Shown: positions 16,458 to 21,952 of the stretch, in pieces | Position numbering within the stretch: position 1 is the first letter of the stretch | Layout: each line of letters opens with the position of its first letter | Source: Pseudobacteriovorax sp. | Lineage (GTDB): Bacteria; Bdellovibrionota_B; Oligoflexia; Oligoflexales; Oligoflexaceae | Length of the DNA: 21,952 bases | Direction: 5' to 3' | Assembly: GCA_050293845.1 (NCBI GenBank) | Contig: JBNKNM010000081.1 | Coordinates: 1-21,952 of the forward strand | Translations under genes and position numbers: made by a program | Notes under the pieces: model-generated | What the model was told of the DNA's origin: nothing | Seen by the model: the letters and a program-made list of their open reading frames with translations, nothing else | Database searches by the model: none

Positions 16458-18197
16458 CTATAGAAGAAATGCTATTTGTGCGCCGATTACCCTAAGCTGA
16501 TTCACTAAGTCAGTAGGAAGGTAGAAGGATAATCGGTTTGGGTCTGAAGGGCTTATTTCTACGATAAGCTCTCTTTTAAACTGGTCGATCCCTTCAACGA
16601 GTCCTCTTTCCTCCCATTTTTTAAACCTAGATATAGCCTCAGCTTTAGCGGTCTTAGGGGTTAGGATTGGTTGACCTGGCGCAATGTAGGTCCCATCTTT
16701 TGCAAGTTTGAAGCGGGCGTAGCGGGTATTGAAGTGGTTGATAAAGTCCCACCTTATAAAAGATAAGGTCTGTTTTACGGCTACATCCCTATAAGATATG
16801 TCTTTCGCTCCCAAAGGATTCATGGTGTAGGTCGTGACCAGTCTTTCAACAAAGATGCGGTTGCCGTTGGTTCTGTGGGTTGAGATTCCAGATTTTAGAA
16901 GAGCATCTCTATCTTTTCTTTTTCTTGGCTTCTTCGATGCCCAGACCCCCAAAACTTCTAAGGTCTGTTGCGGTAGAGCTGGATCAATAGAAGCGTGTTT
17001 CGCGTTAAGCCCCGCTAGTGCCGCTGTATAGAGGTAGGAGGGCGTGGGAATTCCCTCTGCATCTAATATAGTGACCTGTCTACTATTTAGTCCTATACCA
17101 GCTAGCGAATTTAGATTGTTATCAATGGCTACAAAAGCATGTCCATCCAGCGGATTTGTCGGACCCCAGCGTTTTTCTAGTAGCTGGTGGATACCACTAA
17201 GTGAGGCTTGATCGCTGTAAGGCATTGCTATGACATTGTACTGATTCTCATCTATGGCCTCTAGAGTAACTTCAAGGTCTGGGTTATCTACGCCGCCAGT
17301 CATTACGGTGACAGTTGAGTCTTCAAGACCATCTGGAAAAGAGTCAGTAGCCAGATAATTAAAGTGAAGAGGAACCGCTTCTCCTACAAGCCCTCGATGT
17401 TTTGCTGTCAAAGTGACAGAAACCCCATTTGGGCTTGCGAACAAATACGATAGGTTATCCTCATTAACCTTCTCAGAAAGAGCTGTAACTATGTCTTCTG
17501 CTGTATCTCCAGATCTAACAGAAACCCTATATCCTCGATCCCCAATATAGGCACTAAGCACACCATCTGATGTGGCGGGTCCTGAGATGTTAAAGGAGCC
17601 TGTCGCTCTTCCAGTCTCAGGGGAGGGTTGTTCGATAGAAAGCTGAGAATTGTTATCTATTCCCCAGCCAGCATCCAGCCGAATTGATAGCTTTGAGCTG
17701 GCTATTGATGTCGAGGAAACTATATCTACTTTGTCGGCCTCTTTCTTAAGCCCATTAAGGACCTTAGCCACCGTAGCTGAATCGTCTGATCTAAATTCTA
17801 CTTTTTTAGTCTGGTCGCCTTTTCTGAGGGTTACCTTGTAAGTAGTCTCATTAGCCGCTGCACCGGATAAGGAAAGCTTAAAAGTTCTATCGCTGTCTTG
17901 TCCAGGATCAGATAGCGCGATTGCATATGATTCTGTCTCGCTGTTGTTTCTTTTAAGGTAGCGGAATTGATGGTGGAGCATTGATCCAAGACCAAATAGC
18001 TTTGCGGCTTCCGCTTCACTTGTAACTCGCAAGACTCTATTAATAGGTGCGGAACCAGATGCCAATTTCTGACCAATAACCAGAGTCTTATAGGGTTGAG
18101 ATCCAGAAAGATTTCTAGTGGCCCCTGCACTGGAAAATTCCACAAAGGTAAACGGGGTTAGAACATCACTCGGTACTTGTTCAAAAGCTATAGTCAC
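16458..18197 (-). CDS. Contractile tail sheath protein (Mu gpL-like)
   Basis: LVIGQKL, A-x-x-LFG-x-GSML, MTGG-x-x-NPD, DPALP-x-QT, ERLVTTY-x-x-N-x-x-G-x-x-D-x-SY and DLVNQLRV. Confidence 0.95.
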   Translation of the reverse strand: MTIAFEQVPSDVLTPFTFVEFSSAGATRNLSGSQPYKTLVIGQKLASGSAPINRVLRVTSEAEAAKLFGLGSMLHHQFRYLKRNNSETESYAIALSDPGQDSDRTFKLSLSGAAANETTYKVTLRKGDQTKKVEFRSDDSATVAKVLNGLKKEADKVDIVSSTSIASSKLSIRLDAGWGIDNNSQLSIEQPSPETGRATGSFNISGPATSDGVLSAYIGDRGYRVSVRSGDTAEDIVTALSEKVNEDNLSYLFASPNGVSVTLTAKHRGLVGEAVPLHFNYLATDSFPDGLEDSTVTVMTGGVDNPDLEVTLEAIDENQYNVIAMPYSDQASLSGIHQLLEKRWGPTNPLDGHAFVAIDNNLNSLAGIGLNSRQVTILDAEGIPTPSYLYTAALAGLNAKHASIDPALPQQTLEVLGVWASKKPRKRKDRDALLKSGISTHRTNGNRIFVERLVTTYTMNPLGAKDISYRDVAVKQTLSFIRWDFINHFNTRYARFKLAKDGTYIAPGQPILTPKTAKAEAISRFKKWEERGLVEGIDQFKRELIVEISPSDPNRLSFYLPTDLVNQLRVIGAQIAFLL

Positions 18198-18670
18198 TAT
18201 GTATCTCCGGTATTCACATCGACGCCATCAAAGTTTATTGAATCAACTTGTGGAGTCTCTTGGGTGTAGTAGGTCACTTCATAAACAAGTGTGAGACTTC
18301 CCGCAGGCCTGTCACCGTCAGGACTTTCCTCCTGCTCACTTTCCCTTAGAATTAGCTCGTTGGCTAGCCCAAGGATTGCCTGTTTCTCGACTACGAGACT
18401 TTCAATCTGACTTCCGAATAGATCCAAGTTGTTATTAAAGTTTCGTCCCTGGATCACGCACTCGATTGTCACGTAGGCTTTTCGTTCTAAAATGATTGGT
18501 GAGACCGAATATCTACTACTAACTTCTTTGGGGATGGTGAGCACTATAAACGGGTTTTTCATCTCCCAGATATTATTGGGTCTATGAACAAACACGTTTG
18601 TTCCAGCAAGGGTATTGCCGCCTAAAATATCGGAAAAGAATTTTTTGATTTCCTGCCTCTTATGGCTCAT
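18197..18670 (-). CDS. Putative tail completion/terminator protein
   Basis: MSH-x-RQEI start and L-x-YEVTYY end. Lies between the head-tail joining gene and the sheath. Confidence 0.6.
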   Translation of the reverse strand: MSHKRQEIKKFFSDILGGNTLAGTNVFVHRPNNIWEMKNPFIVLTIPKEVSSRYSVSPIILERKAYVTIECVIQGRNFNNNLDLFGSQIESLVVEKQAILGLANELILRESEQEESPDGDRPAGSLTLVYEVTYYTQETPQVDSINFDGVDVNTGDT

Positions 18671-18978
18671 TCCCTAAAAAGCTCCAGGTTGATATTTCCA
18701 TAGCCATCGCGGTAGTAGTCCTTGATAGAATAGTTCTCACCTCGGATATGAAAGCGAAAACTAGTCTCTAGAGTGGTCGGAAGTTCATTCTCCCAGATCG
18801 TCACATTGGGAGCGGATGATGTAATCACCACCCCTCCGTTAGTAACGTCCTGGGACACCTCGCTAAAAATGCCTCGCATTGGATAATCTTCTTCCCCATC
18901 TCGAAGTAAAAGGATTGGCTCCTTTTCTCCGAATGTTGAAAAAATAGTATCCATGGAATTTTCAATCAGATCCATCAT
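18667..18978 (-). CDS. Putative head-tail joining protein
   Basis: FGE...GIF...I-x-G-x-x-Y-x-I...DG-x-G-x-x-x-L-x-L pattern. Syntenic after DUF2190. Confidence 0.7.
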   Translation of the reverse strand: MMDLIENSMDTIFSTFGEKEPILLLRDGEEDYPMRGIFSEVSQDVTNGGVVITSSAPNVTIWENELPTTLETSFRFHIRGENYSIKDYYRDGYGNINLELFRE

Positions 18979-19334
18979 GAGGCCGGAGCTGCCGCCGTTT
19001 TAGCTGGTAAGACAGTTCCTAAAAGCTTTGCCTTTACATGGGATTGTCCATTCGGCGCAGCTTCAACGGCTATCGCAACGATCTTGCCTTTAGTCGTGTC
19101 CTTGTTTAGCTTTCCACCAGCTAGGGACAGTTTGTCACCAACGGTCAAAGTGTTGGCTGTTACTTTGGGAAGGTAAAAGACGCCCTCGGTTTCAATGACT
19201 AGGTCCTCTCCGACTTCAGCGTCCGCAATAGCTACTCCCACAAGATCGCCTATTTCAAATAGGTCTCCTGATTTCGCAGCGGTTGCGGTTTCCCTAATCA
19301 CAATGGCTTTTCCTGGGTGTACGTAATTCTTCAT
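18975..19334 (-). CDS. DUF2190-family capsid cement/decoration protein
   Basis: MKNYV-x-PG, SGD...G-x-LVGVA and EGVF-x-LPK. Directly after the major capsid gene. Confidence 0.85.
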   Translation of the reverse strand: MKNYVHPGKAIVIRETATAAKSGDLFEIGDLVGVAIADAEVGEDLVIETEGVFYLPKVTANTLTVGDKLSLAGGKLNKDTTKGKIVAIAVEAAPNGQSHVKAKLLGTVLPAKTAAAPAS

Positions 19335-21305
19335 CTATGCTCCTTGATTCTTATAGAAACCGCGATAATCAATAGCTTTCGCCCCCACATCAAGGCTTGC
19401 TCTAATGTCAGTGCCGAAGGAGTCAAAGCCTTCTCTAAATTCAACTTGCGGCGCTCTAATCCCGTCTAGATAAGCCATCTCTACAAGGTCAACTCCTTGC
19501 ATTTGATCGGCTGCCATATACCAAGCTGTTGTAGAATGATCGTTTAGGATTGGCTCTGCGATAATTTCAAACTCACCTGCGTATGGGTTAGTGTCCTCGG
19601 TGTTAGTAGCGACAATGGGCATCATAACTGCCTTTTTCGCCTTCTTTTTAAGGGTAGTAGGGACAATAATATAGCTAGGCACGATATTAAGCTTATCCCG
19701 CTTATCAATACCTTGTTGCTGGCTCATAGCAAGTTCGGCTTCTTCGATGGAGTCTTCGGAAATTTCAGATCCATTGGCAGCAAGGTTATTGTGATCCGCA
19801 TGGAATAACCGTTTCTTATCTGACATCATTTGATTAGACGTGAAGATCGACCAGAAAAGAATATTCTCAAGCCTTGCCGCGGCGATTCCCCATTTGGCTG
19901 GGATATCAGTGAAGGCTCCTAAGTCATCATTTATGATGGTCTGTCTAGTTAGTGAAAATTTTCTAGCATAAGTCGCAATAGAATACTCTTCGTGACCTTC
20001 CCCGATACTCCCGCTAGTTACCTCTGCACCCTCTGGTACTAGTTTAAGTGAAGGAATCTCTCCTAACCTTACTTTACGCATAGGTTTAAAGTCTGTTGCT
20101 TCAGTGATTCTGACAAGGGGCTGGAAATTTTGTCGAGCAATCAATTTCTCATAACTATCTAAAAGCGATTGGTGCGCAACGTTTGCAAGAATCGCTGGAA
20201 AGTCCGAAGTAGATTGGAAAGCCCTAGAAGCTAGTTCCCTTTTGGAAAGCCCAATACCATCTCTACCTAAAATAGATCTAACCATCTCAGAAAGTGACAT
20301 GCCTCGGTAATCTCTGGCTGGTTCTTCTAGCTTATAGGTCCCTGGGGAAAACCTGTGGAGAAGTGCCCCTTTTATAGCATTTCTGCGGGTTTGGATTTCA
20401 TCTAGCTCCCCAGCCTGGACCCTTACTTGGCTTTGGGTATCGGGCTGCTCCTCGACCATTTTATCAAAGACTCGCCGCCTAGCTTCTTCAATATTGATCC
20501 CCTCATCAATTAAGCTCCTAGCCATATCGGGGAGCTTTGCCTGTCTGCATAGGGTTTCGATTTCGCTAGATCTTTTCCGTTCAGCCTCGATGGCTTCAGA
20601 TCTTACTTTGTCTAAATCTGGCTTGAACTCGGAAGGCTCCGGCGGTTTTGGATTCTCCCTTGTTTTTGGTTCTTCAGGATTATCCCGAGCTTTAGGATCT
20701 TCGGGCTGTTCCTTTGGTTTAACTGCTGCAGGCATGGGTTGACTCCTAATCATGGTCGAAAAAGATCTTTTACTATTTGATCTTGTTTGGGCTTTGGCAT
20801 CTGCGGGGATGGGAACCATAGAGATTTCAAACGGCTCCCAATCTACGGCTCTAAAGGTTGAATATTTGGCATCGGCTTCTCGATGCTCTACCATCTCGTG
20901 TACGGCATATCCGACTGAGATATTGCGAATGATTCCAGATTTGACATCGTTCCAAATGTCTAGTGATTTTTGGTTGGATCTGAATTGGACAACAGCATGG
21001 CCTTCGCCGCCCTTTACCCAGGCTCTAACAACTTTTCCGATCTGATCGTCTAGTCTGTAGGATTCGTGGGTATCCAGTAAAGGAGCTGAGTTATTGAGTC
21101 GATCCATTCTGATAGCTTCTGGTTCTACCGCTAACTCTTCGTAATAGGGATCATCCCACCAGGGCGACCGGAGCACTTTTGCGCCCGTTGTCCAAACTAG
21201 CTCAATCGTTCGGTTTTCCTCGTCTACGGAGTCAGGTTTGAAAGTTGCAGCCCTATAGACTGGCTCACTTTCAACCTGCCGATTCAACTTAACTGCTTGA
21301 GGCAT
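19335..21305 (-). CDS. Prohead protease / major capsid protein fusion
   Basis: N-terminal protease motifs APLLDTH, IRNISVGY and WEPFEISMVPIPAD. Pro/Glu linker. Capsid motifs STSDFP-x-IL, TRQ-x-IINDDLGAF and D-x-GAKAIDYRG. Confidence 0.93.
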   Translation of the reverse strand: MPQAVKLNRQVESEPVYRAATFKPDSVDEENRTIELVWTTGAKVLRSPWWDDPYYEELAVEPEAIRMDRLNNSAPLLDTHESYRLDDQIGKVVRAWVKGGEGHAVVQFRSNQKSLDIWNDVKSGIIRNISVGYAVHEMVEHREADAKYSTFRAVDWEPFEISMVPIPADAKAQTRSNSKRSFSTMIRSQPMPAAVKPKEQPEDPKARDNPEEPKTRENPKPPEPSEFKPDLDKVRSEAIEAERKRSSEIETLCRQAKLPDMARSLIDEGINIEEARRRVFDKMVEEQPDTQSQVRVQAGELDEIQTRRNAIKGALLHRFSPGTYKLEEPARDYRGMSLSEMVRSILGRDGIGLSKRELASRAFQSTSDFPAILANVAHQSLLDSYEKLIARQNFQPLVRITEATDFKPMRKVRLGEIPSLKLVPEGAEVTSGSIGEGHEEYSIATYARKFSLTRQTIINDDLGAFTDIPAKWGIAAARLENILFWSIFTSNQMMSDKKRLFHADHNNLAANGSEISEDSIEEAELAMSQQQGIDKRDKLNIVPSYIIVPTTLKKKAKKAVMMPIVATNTEDTNPYAGEFEIIAEPILNDHSTTAWYMAADQMQGVDLVEMAYLDGIRAPQVEFREGFDSFGTDIRASLDVGAKAIDYRGFYKNQGA

Positions 21306-21939
21306 CTTTCTTAGCTTCCTTATTTTTGGCTCTAGGATCGGTGTCTAGAGTGATCTTTTTCTCATCGAGTTGAGACAGGATGTCTTGGTATTCATTTAGA
21401 AGGTCTTCAGGATCTTCACCAGATTTTCTGATTTCAGAGAAAAGTGTAGTAAGGCCCGCTCTGATCGCCATGACTTGGGCTTTGATCTCTTTAGCAGGAT
21501 CGACGTATTCTCTTTTGGGAAGACCCCAGGTTACGTCGGCATCGGACTTGGTACCGAGCATTTCTGATATTTCTTGGAACCACTCAAAAATGGGATTGCA
21601 GATTTGACCAACCATAATATGTTCTTGCCAATGTTCCACAGTTTTATAGAACTCAAGAAAAGCCATGCGGGAGGACGAAAAATTAACTTTGGAATAGTCA
21701 TTGGTTAAAACCTCATAAGGTACTTGTAGACCTGCTGATATTGCGTGAAGCTGAGAGGATGTATATTCCCCATAGCCTTGGATTGTCGGAGGGTTGTTAA
21801 AGGTGACAGTTTTCCCAGGAGGCATGATCTCCCATGAGCCTGGTGAGAAGGTGGACCAATCTTCCTCATTCATCTTGGTAGTTGCTTCATCCATTTCCAT
21901 GTCGTGGATAACGCCTACAAGGCAAGCGGCTATTTTCTG
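21289..21939 (-). CDS. Lambda-family portal protein, C-terminal part (5'-truncated)
   Basis: QKIAAC upstream of the listed Met, VPYE-x-LT-x-DYSKVNFSSSR and DPAKE...IRAGL. The frame is open to the contig end. Confidence 0.92.
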   Translation of the reverse strand, partial: QKIAACLVGVIHDMEMDEATTKMNEEDWSTFSPGSWEIMPPGKTVTFNNPPTIQGYGEYTSSQLHAISAGLQVPYEVLTNDYSKVNFSSSRMAFLEFYKTVEHWQEHIMVGQICNPIFEWFQEISEMLGTKSDADVTWGLPKREYVDPAKEIKAQVMAIRAGLTTLFSEIRKSGEDPEDLLNEYQDILSQLDEKKITLDTDPRAKNKEAKKDASSS

Positions 21940-21952
21940 AGATCGGAAGAGC
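21940..21952 (+). other. Illumina adapter remnant (technical artefact)
   Basis: The terminal 13 bases are exactly AGATCGGAAGAGC. Confidence 0.93.

Noticed and set aside
20650..20703. Degenerate 27-bp tandem duplication (PEDPKARDN/PEEPKTREN)
   Set aside because: Ordinary low-complexity linker between the protease and capsid domains.
6240..21607. Numerous short ORFs antisense or out of frame to the structural genes (e.g. 9358..9741, 12280..12696, 17831..18145, 20752..21045)
   Set aside because: They are fully nested in well-supported genes, with no motifs or initiation signals.

Overview
The window is part of a temperate tailed-phage genome. The left arm (+ strand) holds a 5'-truncated tyrosine integrase, the 3' half of a tRNA-Met(CAT) forming an att core (1054-1098), an HTH replication-initiator-like gene, a membrane-protein gene containing 16 copies of an (N)YTGAAAC DNA motif, and a DUF2971-like gene. 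The right arm (- strand) holds a lambda-type head module (portal, protease-capsid fusion, DUF2190) joined to a Mu-like contractile tail, with a -1 frameshifted tail chaperone. It is followed by AT-rich accessory genes: a 2H phosphoesterase, a signal-peptide collagen-like protein coupled to an M15 peptidase, and a small membrane protein. The last 13 bases are the Illumina adapter AGATCGGAAGAGC, so the right edge is an untrimmed contig or read end. The best novelty candidates are the Rep / intragenic repeat array / membrane protein module, the 2H phosphoesterase with its own promoter, and the collagen-peptidase operon with its own promoter. All family assignments come from motif recognition and synteny, not from database searches.
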